A stretch of 64,000 bases of DNA from Malacoraja senta (taxonomy: Eukaryota): NCBI GenBank assembly GCA_038087875.1, contig CM075991.1:1798001-1862000 (forward strand), given 5' to 3'. Made by a program: the position numbers and the translations under genes. Positions 12,171-25,004 of this stretch are shown here, in pieces. Below the pieces are notes generated by a model, which saw nothing but the letters and a program-made list of their open reading frames with translations, was not told the origin of the DNA and ran no database searches. Numbering within the stretch: the stretch's first letter is position 1; each line of letters begins with the position of its first letter.

Positions 12171-13948
12171 CAGGGCTCGTACGGTCCTTGAAAGTCATGG
12201 AATTTGAAACGCTGTTTATGAATGCCTTGAAAGTCCTTGGATTTATCATAGGTCCTTGAAAATTTCGTGCTTGAAATTTCACTTTTTATGATAAAAGTAT
12301 TAATTCAGTAATAGAGTAATTTGGCGTTTTTCCCTCAAGTTTATAATGCGTATTTTGTTTAAAAGTCGGGAAACATTGTTAAACTAAACTAAACTAAACT
12401 GAATTACATTAAGTTTGTTTTATACAGAATTGAAGAATGTGCAACATGGTTCGTGGGTGGAGCTAAGAAATGTAAGGTAAATGACATGGTTGTTGTGAGT
12501 GTAACATAGGTCATCAAATATTCAACAGGGATTAGGAGAACAAATATGCCAAGAGATTACAGGCAGCTGCAAATCTAATAGGATTATCATAGTAGTGGAT
12601 TTATCTGCCCAAAAATAGCCTGGCACTGCCATGGTGCTAAAGGCTTAGATGGTAGAATTTTGAAATGTTTTCAGAAAAGTTTCCTCAGGCAACATGTTGT
12701 AGGTCATGTTGTAGGTCCTACAAAAAGAGAGGACAAACCTTGATTTTCAATTAGGAAATTGTGAAGGGCAATGACTAAAGTGGCTGTGAGCGAGACTTTT
12801 GAGACCAATGAGCGCTGTTTTATTTGCTTTGGAATTGTTACAGATAAAACATGGTGGGCCCACACGTTTAACATTTTGAATCGGGAAAAGGTTACATTTG
12901 ATTGTACCAAACAGTAATTTGCTGAAGTTGACTGAAATAGGTTGTTTGTGGGCAAATGGTCCTAAAGAAAGTGAGATAATTTGAAAAGTGTGATGAGTTC
13001 ACGGCATGCATATTCCTGTTGGAGTGTAGCGCGTGTGGGTAAGGATGCTTGGATGATGAGAGAAATTAAAGGTGTGTTCAGGAACTGAGGAGCATACTTA
13101 AGAAGGAGATCAAAACAGGGGCATGAGTTAGCTCTGGCAGAGAATATTAAGAAAAATCCAAAGAGATTGTATGTACATTAAAGGGTAGAAGGTGACTTGA
13201 AAGAAAATAGAGGTTGATCACAAACCAAAGCAACCATCTCCGTGTTGGGCAACTTGGGACAGTTAATATATTGTGGACAATCCGTATGTTGCATCTTTTG
13301 GACCTTGTCAATACCTACTCCCAATCATTTAGCACACTAATCTCTTGTGAGGGACTTTGTCAAAGGCTATTTAAAAGTCCAGATACACCAAATCCACAGG
13401 CTCTCCCTTATCCATTCTACATATTATATCTTCAAAAAAGTCCAGACGTTTAGTCAAGCATGATTTCCCCTTCATAAATGAATGCTGACTTTGACCGATC
13501 CTGTCACTGCTTTCGAAATGCGCTGCTATTACAAATTACGCTGCTGGAAATTTGGCCCTCCAGGTGGGTTCCCGTTGGTCATCGATCCGCGGCGGGCGAG
13601 CCGGGCCTTCCTGGCGAGTCCCTGGTCTCCGGCAAGTGAGCTGCACCTTCCAGGCGGGTCCTCGCTCTCGGGGCCGCAACTCCCCGGGATAATCCCGCCG
13701 TGCGAGAGAAAGTCTCTGAATGCTGGTTCTCCGTTTAGAATTTCTGTAGTTTAAGTATATGTATGCTTGACATGTTAATGTATCTGAATGTTTTTTTGTC
13801 TAAATACCAATTTCTATGACAAGATACGAAGAGGTCAGGTTGGTTCACATTCAAACAGAATGTGGGACCAGAATCAGTCACTGGAGTGTAACGTTCTCAC
13901 TGGGATTTCAGTAAAGAAAAAACATGGTAAAATAAAATGACATATAAA

Positions 13949-14025
13949 AGTGACTTTGGTAAATCATTACATAGCTTTTACTAAATGTTTTAGTAAAAGC
14001 TATGTAATGATTTACCGAAGTCACT
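13949..14025. repeat. Near-perfect palindrome: 37-bp arms, 3-nt loop
   Basis: agtgactttggtaaatcattacatagcttttactaaa-tgt-tttagtaaaagctatgtaatgatttaccgaagtcact; one mismatch (a G:U pair in RNA). Confidence 0.95.
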
Positions 14026-15632
14026 GTTAATTTGTTTGGTTTAGTTTAGTTTGGAAATGCAGTGCAGAAATAGGCCCTTTGGCCCATCGAGTCCGCACTG
14101 ACCAGCAATCCCCGCACATTAATTTTAAGGCAGAGATGGATAGATTTTTGATTAGTGCGGGTTAAGGGGAGAAGGCAGTAGAATGGGGTTAGGAGGAAAG
14201 ATAGATCAACCAGATGGGCCGAATGGCCTAATTCTGCCCCTATCACTTACGACCTTATGGCCTTAATATTACCCTGCACACACCAGGGACAATTTTACAC
14301 TTATACATGTATACCAAGACAATTAACCAACAAACCTGTACGTCTTTGGAGTGTGGGGGGAAAACGAATATCTTGGAGAAAACCCTAGCAGGTCAAAGGG
14401 AGAATATACAAGCGCCGTACAGACAAGCATCCGCAGTTAGGATCGAACCCGGATTTCTGGAGCTGTAAGGTAGCAACTCTACCGCTGCGTCAACATGGCG
14501 CCAGCTGCCGCCGTAAAGGCTAATTTCTAAGGCTCAGAAAACAGTTAAAGAAAAATCTTACTATACATACACGTAGGTACAATCATACTTAAGCACAAGA
14601 GTGTAAGAATAGTAGATTACACCGAGGCGGTACACCAAAGGCACCACGTTTCCAGCACCATTTGTGTGATTCAAGTCCAAAGTAGTTCAAAGTGAAGAGT
14701 CTTAACGTGGCCACAAAGGCCGGTTGTCCTGGCAACGACATTGGATCGGAGTGGCAAGGTCGACCTTGTGTTTGTACGGGGAAATGAGACTAGCTTAAAT
14801 GGAGCATCTTGGTCGGTATGGACAAGTTGAGTTAAAGGGCCTGTTTCTGTTCTGTATGACTAGGTATGACCTTTTATATGAACAGCTATGGTGATGCACA
14901 AGTACAGTGAAAATCTTGCTTATGTCCTCCTTAGTGAAGACGGGTCCAAAGTACCTGTTCAACTCATCTGTTATTTCCTCGTTCCCCATAATAAATTTGC
15001 CCTTTTCAGTCTCCAAGGGTCCAATTTTGGTCTTAACTATTTTCTTCTTCTTCACATACCAAAGAAGCTTTTACTGTCCTCTTTTAAATTCTTGGCTGGC
15101 TTACCTTCGTACCTCATCTTATCTGTGGCAATGAATTCCACAGATTCAACACCCACTGAATTCCTTATCTCCGAAAGGAACTTCCATTAATTCGGAGGCT
15201 ACGACCTTCTGGTCTATGATGACTCTCCCACTCGTGGAAACATCCTCTCCACATCCACTCGATCCAGGCCTTTCACTGTTCGGTAATTTTGAATGAGGTT
15301 TAAGTGAAGAGTGAAGAGTTGCGGCAACAGCAAGGACCCCTGCGGAACTCCGCTGGCCACTCGTAGCCAACCAGAACCCCCCCCCCTTTATTGCTACCTT
15401 TTGCCTTCTGCCATCTAGCCAACCTCTATTCATTTTAACCTGCTTTTCATTTTATTGCTGCTGTGTCTTTATCTGATTAATTATCATTAGCACTCTGCCA
15501 ATGCTTGCCCACTGGCTTTAGTATCATTCGTCTTTTCTTGCTGATGGAAATAGAGATTTTTAAAGTCCAAACTTGGGATTAACTGATCATAATGCATCAG
15601 GGACATGCCATCTATGATTTTCTACTATTTAG

Positions 15633-15694
15633 GTTTAAATAGATGACAAAGTTCCCATGAAATCTAAATACGTTTCTAAAGGGTTTCTGCACTG
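15633..15694 (+). pseudogene. Mirror 62-nt exon in the right arm; start codon is ACG at 15670-15672
   Basis: Splice sites tttag|G and CTG|gtaatt are retained; the ATG of the left copy reads ACG here. Confidence 0.35.
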
Positions 15695-16402
15695 GTAATT
15701 CATGTTGTTACACTGATTGTCTGTGTCCTGATCTCATTAATTGCTATTCACTTGCCACCTCCAGTGAAACATATCTGAATGGATGAATTAATTAATACTT
15801 TATTATTACATGTGACAAGTCACAGTAAAATTCTTGGCTTGCATACCCAAGATATGCAAATAATCGCCACATAAAGGGCGCTTACAAAGTTACAAGGTCC
15901 CCCTCTGTTCTTCCCCTCCCCCGCGCCAGGCCCCCACGCCGGGTCCTCCGGTGTTCCCTCCCGCATCTCTCACGGCGATCCTCCCACGCCGAGTCCTCCT
16001 TTGTGCTTCATCTTGCAATGGCGTCTTCACTCCCACGTGATCCGCCCTGGTCCGTCGGTCTGCGCCATCTCCCGACCTCTCCACTATTGCTGCCAGGTCC
16101 TCTGTGGCGCCGACCCAGGTCCCAGTCGCAGGCTCCGTCAACTCTCTCGGCCGGTATCTCCGTCTCTCGAAGCAGCAGCCTCGGCTTCTCCGCTGCCTGC
16201 CGGGAAGAGTCTGAGGACAATTGTAGACCAGGAAGGCACCTACACATACTATTAAAAGGTTTGAAGATGAGTATCTGGTAGATGTACAAATGTAGTTTCT
16301 ACTTTAATTACACGTGCACCTTCTGAATATCTTGTCTGGCTGTCGTTCACAGCACGCCAACTGTGCTGCAGTTTTTCAACCTGTGTGTTTTAATGATCAC
16401 AG

Positions 16403-16704
16403 GGAGCCTGTACTACCCCCACCTCCTGAGTGATGAAGTGGAGAGTGAGGAGATCCAAGACAGAATAAAGGAACATGAATACCTGTACAAACTGGAGATA
16501 GACCGGGTCCAGAAAGAAGTGCAGGAAAAATGTTACCGTCATCAAAATACAACAAACAACGCATCTGCAGAAACTGAAGATAAACGGAAATTGCATTGGA
16601 ACACTTATATTACTCTGCTACTTGTCACAATTCAGCTCTTGGGACTCTGGAGAGGCGACACTTTGCCACGTATCCATCCGGACGAAAACATAGTGAGGAA
16701 CTAA
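16403..16704 (+). CDS. Candidate terminal coding exon, right-arm paralog
   Basis: Same acceptor and an open frame of the same length as 8061-8362, with few amino acid differences, all in the C-terminal half. Confidence 0.5.
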
Positions 16705-16821
16705 GGAGAACGAAGAGGAAAATCAATGTCTTCAAATAATGGTGGAAGCAGAATTATTTAAGATATCTAATATTTACATTATTAGGGTTCTTTTTTTTAA
16801 TTAACATAAAATATATGATTA

Positions 16822-18390
16822 ATAGATTTTTTCCACAAATAAACTTTATTTATAATAAAAGTATATACAAAATAAAAAGTGCAAGAACTCTCCATACATT
16901 CTCTTTGTCTATAAATTCAATAGTGTCTACTCAGTCGTGTTCACATCTATTTTTAAAGAAAACACCCTTGCCACATGTTGCCAGCAAGAATTTACCTTCC
17001 CTTGTTTGAGAGGCATCTCCACTTGACTGGCCTTCATGTCCAGAAGTAGAAGGACCCTAATCTTTTTCCTCTCTCACCGACCCGTGTTGTAGGCTGCACC
17101 AAGCTTCAGTGCTACCCTCATTCAGCACATACTCGTACAGTCTGGAATTGGGCCTTCGGCAACATTCCCTGATGGACATCACGCTATGCTGGGAGACCAA
17201 AAGGGGATTGGGAGGAAGAATAAGTATCTTTGGTCATGTTGATGTTTCTTCCAGAAGCATTTGATGTATGTCTGGGAACATCAACGTGTCCCTGGGAACA
17301 GCCCATAAATCAGATAGTCCTCTGTTACGGAGCTGTTGGGATGAACCATGATAATGAATTGTCTCCAGTGCCTTTTTGTAAATCCACACTCTGGAAAGAG
17401 GTGGGCAACCGGTAGATTTGTATTGGGAATCGGAGGTTATGGGGAGAAGGCAGGAGAATGGGGTTAGGAGAAAGCGATAGAGCCGCCATGATTGAATGGA
17501 GGAATAGACTTGATGGGCAGAATGGTCTAATTCTGCTTCTATCACTTATGACTTTATCACCGTCTCCACTCTGTTGCAGCAGCAACATGAATTTTTAGAC
17601 AGACTCTGATGGTATAGGAAGGATTTGACTGGGAAGGTGCCTCTCACCATAAGCAAAGTATTGTATCAGCAAGGTATCAGATGGTCTAATATAATCCTCT
17701 TCCCCCATCTGCTTGGACATGGGGATGATGATACCCTTCCTCAAGGAGTCTGAGATACTGCCAACCAGAAGCATAGCATTGTACACTTCCAGCAGCCCTG
17801 GCCCACCGAGTCCCACAAAGCCAAGTACAAGTCAGACGGCAAACCATCGCTTCCGTGAGTTTTATTCAAGTGAAAGGAATGGGTGGAGCCAGTCAGTTCC
17901 GCCAGGATCATTAGTTGGTCCAGACTCTTGCTATCCTCCAAGATCTTCATATACAGGGCGTTCTGGGAATCTGTGCTGCCTATGGTCTTTCTGACATACA
18001 GACCAGTATAGAAGGATCAGCAGATCTTCAATATGCTTGTATGTGACAATGTTACCGAGCTGTCTCTTTCTTAACGCTGTGGATCACAGTATTCCTCTTA
18101 CGGACCTTTGTCAAGGAGAAGCGTGAGCGCGACTCACCCTGGTCCATGGAGCAGACACTGGATGAGAACATGATCTTGGAGAACTCTGCTGGCACTTCAC
18201 CTCTGGGAGTTCCGCCCTCATATTCGTCCCTCTCAAATGCAAAAGTATGAGATACTGCAAGTCTGTCAGGAATTGGCACAATTCCCGTTGACCCTCTCTT
18301 GCTTTCTGAACATCTTTGGGGATGAAGAACCTTGAATGCTCTCCAAGGTAGCTTCCCACCAGTGTATTGGGGAGTCAAATAAGGACTTCA
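16822..18390 (-). mobile_element. Mirror copy of the Tx1/L1-group fragments in the right arm
   Basis: ORFs 18111-18359, 17741-17950 (KTHGSDGLPSDLYLALWDSVG) and 17595-17816. Confidence 0.8.
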
Positions 18391-21300
18391 CTATTCTCGA
18401 ATCTGCGTCATCCCTCTTTTGTTCATCAATGTTCACTGGCGCCAGTTATTTAACGTTTACTTTCTAGATGTATTATGTTTACCCCTATCATCCTTGTCCC
18501 CCACTTGGCCAAACATTTCTGATGCTATTTTATTCAACAAAAGCCCATTCTTGGGAGATGGCCTGAAGCATGATTGAGTGGCTTTGTGAGATCCCACCAT
18601 TATTCCTGATGGGATGAGCAAAGAATGGCCTGGCCCGTCCCGAAGGGGTTAATTGACCATTGTGTCAGTTCATTTGTAAAGCCTCGTTGCAGCCATCGCC
18701 TCCATCCGGATCGTCAGCGAACTGTCATTCTCTCCTCTTCCGGCATTCAGCCTTCGTGCTTTCATGCCCGGGGGGGGGGGGAGGGTTGGAGGGGTGAGGG
18801 TTAGAGGGGGGCGGCTCCCACAGCCGGCCTTGAGGGCAAGGAGATAAGACCCCTGGTTCTTTTCCCGGCACTTTGTTCCAGCTTCCACTGCCATCGCCGG
18901 CTCTCTCCACCCTCTGGTCCTCTCGTACAAGAAGGAGACGACGAGCCTGGGACCCACTCCAGTAGGGCTCCCCCGTTTCCACGGAGGGCGAGCCGGGCCT
19001 GTTGCCTCGGCATGCCTCCAAGTGCTCGTTATAAGGAGTAATTATAGGATCTTGGGGCGTGGAAACAGGCCCTTCAGTCCTGCTTTCCCACACCTGCAAA
19101 CTCTCTACTCTACTTCTACTCTACTCCCACTTGCCCGCATTTGGCCCAAGTAACCTGTCTAAATGTTTCTTAAACGTTGCAAAAGTACCCGACTCAGCTA
19201 CCTTCTATGGCACCTTGTTCTATACCCCCACTACCCTTATTGTGAAAAAGTTACCCTTCCTAAATCCCTCAGCTCTGCAATACTCCCCAGAGCCCCACTG
19301 TTCACCATGTAGGTTCTGCCCATTAGTGCTCCCAAAGTGCAGCATCTCACATTTATCTGCATTCTATTCCATCAATCATTCCTCAGCCCACCTGACCAAC
19401 CGAACAAGAAGCTGCTGCAATTTTTGACACCAAAAATAAATTATACTCAACAGCTGATTCTCTAATTATTACGAAGATAGACACAAAAACCTGGACTAAA
19501 TCAGCGTGACAGGCAGCATCTCTGTAGAGAAGGAATGGGCGACGTTTCGGGTCCGGTCCCAAACACTCATTATTACAATATGCCAAATTATTCATTTTGT
19601 GTTGGATTATCATATTCATACTTTGAAAACCAGGTTTATGAAATGATAAAATGCACAGCAGAGATCTGAAGTAGAACTTAAAAAGACTTCAGTAAGAAAC
19701 TGAAACATACAGAATGCTGTGAGCTGCTGGTCTGCAAAGCCTGACAGTTTCCTTAATAGATTTTCATATTCTGTTTTTCAGTCTTCTGCACGAAATTGTA
19801 TTTATTTTATTTATGTGAGGACATCATGTCAAGAGGCGAGTTGTTTGCAGTAGAATTCATAACCCCTCCCCCTGAAATACTTTTGTTGAATTTACATGGC
19901 TGGTCCAGTTGAGTTCCTACTCAATGCTAACCTCCAGAATAGTGAATGTGGAGTCAACAGTAATCCAAATGAATATCAAGGAAATGTGGTTACACTCCTT
20001 CTTGTTGGAGATGATCAGTGCCAGCACTAGCGGGGCACATGGTAATCGTCAAGATGCTGCTTAGTTCCTGTTTGCTGTAGAAATGAACTGCCCTGTTTGG
20101 TGAAAAGTTGCAAATGGAATTGAACATTATGCACATCCCTACACTGGTATGAATGTCATTCACGAAGCAGCTGGGCCGAGTTCGCAGCCCCGAGGAGCTA
20201 TTACACTCACATCTTTGGATGGGAGGCGTAAACTCCAACAACCACACCTGAGGGTTTCCAATGGCAGTAAGGCTCATCCAACTTAATGTGCTTTTTGCGT
20301 CATGAAGCAAACAAAAACAGTCCAGTGCGCAGTACACTGACCACACGTCTCTTCACAATAAATTCCAAAGTGATTTACTTTTCGTCACTTCAGATTAACA
20401 TTTATAATGTATTTGAATTCAGCATCAGACGAATTTTGGTTTAATGTGCACTGTAGAGATTGAAAGACTAATATCTGGGCTTGCATTCCACCATGGTGTT
20501 GTGGGAGGACAGTGTGTTGCTGCTGCATTGTAGACATGACGCTGAACTGGGGCTGGAACTGACATTCAAAGTCCAGGGCTTCGGAGGCTGCATGCATATT
20601 GTGGAGGCCTCAGCATACATTAGACCAAAGTTGTTACAGTTTCCAAAAGAGTTATTTAGTCATGGTGAACCTCACAGTTCGCATTTATTCAGCTTGTGTG
20701 ACGGCGGTGCCACTCTTCAAATATCAGGAACTGCCTCACAACTGTTATTAAACTGAGAATTCTGTGGAATTGTGTAACCCGTGTTAACCTGTTAAGATTT
20801 AATGCACTTCATTCTGTAGCGTTGTTGTCTCCGCCACACCAGATGTAAGGCTGTGCCGTTACCATGATATATTACTGTGATACCTGTGAACATGGTCACC
20901 AGAATTTAAATAGACACAAGGAACTGCAGATGCCAGAATTTGAGCAGAAACCCAAAGCGACAATAGGACAGAAAGGTGTGAAAATATCTCAGCGGGACAG
21001 CCAGTATATCTGGAGAACATGGCTAGGTGACGTTGTGGTCGAGACCTTTCGTCAGACATATTTGTATTTTTGTTTCAGCAAAAAACTACAAAGTGCTGGA
21101 ATAACTCAATGTGCCAGGTAGCATTTCTGGAGAACCGGAATCAGAATAAATATATCCCCACAGATTGTTGAGTCTAAACCAAAGTAAGCAAAGACACGAT
21201 CCGCAACGTCGCTTAGACATGTTCTCCATAAAGGCTGTCTGGCCCGCCGAGTTACTCCAGCAGTTTGCGCTTTTTGTTTCGCTCGAACCTCATTATCAGT

Positions 21301-21999
21301 TTGAAGAAAGTCACCAGAGACACAGCCAGTAGATGGCGGAGCAGATCCGTCGCATGGTTTGTTCCAAGCTGTAAAGTGGATAATGTTCACCACATTGACA
21401 AAACCTTTGCTAAGTTGTCAATAACATCATTAAATCATAAGTTATTTTCTGTTCCTTATTATCAGGTGTGCGTGAATAGTTTGTTCGGGTGTGTGGGAAC
21501 TGCGGTCCCGTGGTCCAAAAAAGGCTCGCTCACTGACACATCCCTTACCCTTCCCAATTGCCGAAGAATAGATCAAGCACTGCCCTCTGCCTTGTAGGTC
21601 CCTCTACATTTTGCCAAATGAAACTTCCCTGAACATATTGGACAAATTCCATCCCATCTAATCCCTCAGCACGATGATCGGCATGGATGAGTTGGGCCGA
21701 TGGGACTTTATCCGTGCTCTATGACATGACTGGACTTTGTGCCTTCCCCACAGTGGGAACCATTGTGGGGGGGATGTTTTTATGTTTAATGTTAAATTCT
21801 TCTTTAATGTTCTGTTGTATTCTTATTAGTGTGCTGCAATGGCAACTCGAATTTCACTACACCAATTGGTGTATGTGACAATAAATGAACCTTTGAACCT
21901 TTGAGTCTACGGCTATGCCAGTCCCAGTCTATATTGGGAATATCACCTAACTGTGACAACTCTGCAGTTGCCTGCAATCTCCCGGCATATTAACGGTTC

Positions 22000-22480
22000 A
22001 TTAGCATATTAGCCAAGAATATAAAGGATAGTAAAAGCTTCTTTAGGTCTGTGAAGAGGAAAAAATTAGATAAGGCAAATGTGGGTCCGTTGAGGATAGA
22101 AACAGGTGAATTTATTATGGCGAACAAGGAAATGGCAGACGAGTTGAACAGGTACTTTGGATCTGTCTTCACTAAGGAAGACACAAACAATCTCACAGAT
22201 GTACTAGTGGACAGAGGACTTAGGGTGACGGAGGAACTGAAGGAAATTCACATTAGGCAGGAAATGCTAATGGGTAGACTCCTGGGACTGAAGGTTGATA
22301 AATCCCCAGGGCCTGATGGTATGCATCCCAGGGTACTTAAGGCAGTGCCTCTAGAAATCGTGGACGCATTGGTGATCATTTTTCCAATGTTCCATAGATT
22401 CAGGATCAGTTCCTGTGCATTGGAGGGCAGCTAATGTTATCCCACTTTTTAACAAAGGAGGGAGAGAGAATAAACAGGGG
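22000..22480 (+). mobile_element. CR1 ORF2 internal fragment, right arm only
   Basis: ORF 22051-22434 ...DKSPGPDGMHPRVLK...; WRAANVIPLFNKGGRE. Confidence 0.9.
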
Positions 22481-23643
22481 ATTTTACTTCGGAGTCACGT
22501 GAGTGATTCCGTGAAGAACCACCAGCCCGCATGCGCATCATTACGTCTGTCGCATGGTGAAGCATCCGACTGGCAGGCGCGTCGCTACTGCCATCAGTAA
22601 GTTTAAACCTCCAGGTAAGTTTTGTATTTCTTACCAGGTTCCGGTTTTCTTGCAGGAACCTTTTTTTACAGAGGTTTCCTGCTGGATATTGTCGCGAAGT
22701 CCGGCGAGCCGCGGGGAAACCGGCTATGGGGTGTGGGGAGACTCTGGTCCCGACCGCGGAAGCTCGGATAGCCGGCGGACGACGGGTTCGCTACTCCAGT
22801 CACTGACAATGCGGTCAGCGGCTCCCAGACCGCTGTGGTTCCCAGGACATGGGGTAAAACCAACAAAAGTTGGTCAGGCCTATGGACTCGGACGAGTCGG
22901 GCCGGGAGGATTCCCCTCCGTTAATGGATAACATATTTGGACGGTTGTCCAGGATGGAGCTCCTAATGGAGAGGATGCTCCAACAAGATACACTCCAACA
23001 GGAGGAGTTGTGTCAGCGCCGGCCTCTTCGAGAGCCCGTGCCAGCGGCACCTGTTTCAGGGCTGCTTAATGTCTCCCTCTTGGAGGAGGAGAGCATGCGG
23101 GGCCAGTATTATTCTGCCGCTGAGTCTGTGGGTTTAGCCGTGGAGCATACACCAAGGGATGAAGAGCACGAGTCAGAGGTACCATTCCTGGCAGCAAGGT
23201 TTGCCATCCCAACAGAATCAGGGACAAAATGTTACATCCTGGTATAGGTCCGTTGGAAGGGCCATATCAGCGCAGGTATCTTCAGGGGCCTGCGGCAGCA
23301 CCGGTTTCAGGGCTGCCTACGAATCGCCCTCTCTGAGGAGGGGAGTGCGAGTGGTCAGTATGTAACTGGCTTCAAATTCTAAAGTATGTCCGTGGAACAT
23401 ACTGGAGCACATGCGTTTGGCTTCAAGAGAATCCTCACAACCGAAGGTGTTGCTGCTAGAAGAGTTGGTTACCAGCCGTTGGCAGAATACGCGGAAGGGG
23501 CCAGAGTTCCCCTCACGCTACGTGCCGCATTAGAGCCAGCCGCCGAATCTTCTATTCAGGTAAGACCTATTCAACAGGCAAAACCTGGATGAGGAAGCAA
23601 AAGCTGTCAGACCAATCAAGGTACCAACGTCGAGCAAAGCTTC
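22481..23643 (+). mobile_element. DIRS1-like 5' terminal / gag-region fragment, right arm only
   Basis: Starts with attttacttcggagtcacgtgagtga, identical to the terminus at 59897; peptide RPMDSDES matches RPVDSDES in the 59897 element. Confidence 0.7.
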
Positions 23644-24398
23644 ATGAGTTGGGCCGAAGGGCCTGTTTCCGTGCTCTATGACATGACTCTATGGCTATGC
23701 TAGTCCCAGTCTATATTGGGAAAGTAAATATCCCCAAACTGTGACAACTCTGCACCTGCCTGCAATCTCCCGGCATATTAACGGTTCCAATTCCCGTTGA
23801 CTATTTGGGGGTCAAAAACTACGTTCCCCACATGGTGATCATTCCCTTTTAATTTCTCAGCCCCGCTCATACATCCTCACTGGATGAACCATCAAAAATG
23901 TCATCTAGGACAAATAATAAAGAGAAATTGAATGACAAAGGTGTTAGTGAGGGCCTGAGTATCTCGGCACATGAAACACCGAACGTTGTCGCGCTGATTT
24001 TGCAAACAGCCAGGCATCTATTGGTGGGAAATTTGAATAACCTGGGCAAAATGGTGTGTTCCAATTATAAATTGTTCTGGTAAGACCACATCTAGAATTA
24101 TGTTTAACCAAATGTCTGTAGCCTCCTTTTGCTCTGGTATTTTATTTAATTCACATGTTTAATCGATAATGTTTGATTATTAATGTTTAATGTTTTATGT
24201 GTCATTCCTAACTGTCACTGTATGTCATGTTGTCACTTGCGGGCGGAGCACCAAGGCAAATTCCTTGTCTGTGAATACTTGGCCAAAAACGTATTCATTC
24301 ATTCATTTATCCATTCATTCACTCATTCATGTATATAACTGTAAACAATGTAAATGGTCAATACTTAGTTCGCTGAGAACGGTTTTGGTAAATGCATA

Positions 24399-24489
24399 AG
24401 AGAAGGGTCTCGACCCGAAATGTCGCCCATTCCTTTTCTCCAGAGATGCTGCCTCACCCGCTGAGTTACTCCAGCATTTTGTGTCTAGC
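24399..24489 (+). mobile_element. 91-bp Penelope pLTR-derived mini insertion with 15-bp TSD
   Basis: TSD tttggtaaatgcata at 24384-24398 and 24490-24504; absent from the left arm. Confidence 0.85.
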
Positions 24490-24513
24490 TTTGGTAAATG
24501 CATATTTGAAAAG

Positions 24514-24579
24514 TGAATGAATGAATGAATGAATGAATGAATGAATGAATGAATGAATGAATGAATGAATGAATGAATA
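24514..24579 (+). repeat. (TGAA)n microsatellite, tail of a minus-strand L2-tailed SINE-like repeat
   Basis: About 16 TGAA units versus about 4 in the left-arm counterpart at ~1639-1655. Confidence 0.85.
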
Positions 24580-25004
24580 CTTCATTGTCACTGTGACAAG
24601 TCGCAGTGCAATTCTTGCATACCCAATGTATGCAAATAGTGGCCCATGAAGGGCGCTTCCAAAGTTACGAAGTTCCCCGCGCCAGGTACCTCTTTTTTCT
24701 CCCCCCCACCTCATGGCGTTCCTTCCTTTAGCCTTTTAATGGTTCAGAAGTAATTGGAGCAGAAATAGGCCATTCGGCCCATCGAGTCTACCCTGCCATC
24801 CAATCGTGGAATATCTATCTTTCCCTCTCAACCCTAATCCCCCGCTTTCCCCCCACAACCTTTGACACCATTACAATGAATTCCGCAGATTCACCACCCG
24901 GCTGACTAAACACATTCCTCCTCATCTTCATCCTAAAGGCACGTCCTTTTATTCTGAGGTACTGGTGCTATGAGATTTTTCACATTAACCTCAACAAGGG
25001 GAGG

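Noticed and set aside
13545..13640. Mirror first exon for the right-arm gene (CAG|gtgggt, shares gccttcctggc with 9945-9960)
   Set aside because: Similarity is only a short patch outside the aligned arms; more likely part of a repeat.
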